Source of the DNA: Raja brachyura
Taxonomy: Eukaryota
Direction of reading: 5' to 3'
Length of the DNA: 64,000 nucleotides
NCBI GenBank assembly: GCA_963514005.1
Contig: OY740796.1
Coordinates: forward strand, 15,438,001-15,502,000
In this document: positions 63,413 to 64,000 of the stretch, piece by piece
How positions within the stretch are numbered: the first letter of the stretch is position 1
Layout of the letters: each line of letters opens with the position of its first letter
Program-made: the position numbers and the translations under genes
The notes under the pieces: model-generated
Told to the model about the DNA's origin: nothing
Databases searched by the model: none
The model's input: only the letters and a program-made list of their open reading frames with translations

Positions 63413-63570
63413 CAAAAAATCGGGTCATTAGGAGTTGCGCAAGGTCCCTCAGAACAGAAAGTAGCAATCTTAACCATAGATGATTGTGACACCTCAATTG
63501 CTGTTCGTTTTGGAGATGAGATCGGTAACTATTCATGTGCTGCTGAAGGTGTACAGTCCAGCTCCAAGAA
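63413..63570 (+). CDS. CELSR3: CELSR3-like exon 6 equivalent (laminin-G)
   Basis: ctttcag|CAA AAA...; 158 nt; QKIGSLGVAQGPSEQKVAILTIDDCDTSIAVRFGDEIGNYSCAAEGVQSSSK; donor AA|gtaagt. EIGNYSCAA..VQ.SSKK is CELSR3-like. Confidence 0.93.
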
Positions 63571-64000
63571 GTAAGTGTATAAAGTATGCCTGGAAACATA
63601 ACTGATAACATGCAAAATCTTTTTGGAGAAAAGTATTGTTTGGTGGCTAATAGCATAATTAAAAGTTTTACTTAAAAGATTGAACAGGCTGCTCTAATGC
63701 TATATAATTTTGGATGTGATTATTTACTTCCCGATACATTGTGTGGTAACGCTGCATGTCATTTCCACATCACTCAATAAAGCTGCATGGAGCAAAGGCC
63801 AAAGTCATCAAAAATTTACATTGATGTCTATTTCCCATTGTACTGATGATGAATATTTCCCTTCGATGGTTCTGATGGTTAATTTAAATCAGATCACCTG
63901 TTATGTTACACATGAGAATTTGATGGTGCACTGCTCCATAGAAGTCCTCCAGAACTCGAGTAGCAACTCTTTATTCCACCTTGGAGTAGAGATCCTTCAT

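Overview
Vertebrate genomic DNA, most likely a cartilaginous fish (skate/ray, inferred from its V-SINE, CR1, Rex1 and Penelope repeats). The window lies inside a + strand CELSR3-like flamingo cadherin/adhesion GPCR gene. It holds five coding exons of 639, 223, 116, 89 and 158 nt (the exon 2-6 equivalents), with GT-AG sites and consistent phases. The rest is intron filled with transposon debris: CR1 and Rex1 LINE pieces, V-SINEs, a full-length decayed Tc1, a Tc2/pogo-type non-autonomous element, Harbinger MITEs, Helitrons and a U6 pseudogene. The most notable signals involve RNA. (1) A 129-bp TSD-flanked retroposon begins with a compact HDV/CPEB3-like ribozyme fold. (2) About a dozen short Penelope-derived insertions are built around minimal hammerhead ribozyme cores, some as inverted pairs, and one copy is still joined to the end of a Penelope ORF. 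(3) A young CR1 copy shows a directional, ADAR-like A-to-G signature. All family calls come from reading the sequence and recalled consensus motifs; no searches were run. Edges of old repeats are approximate.
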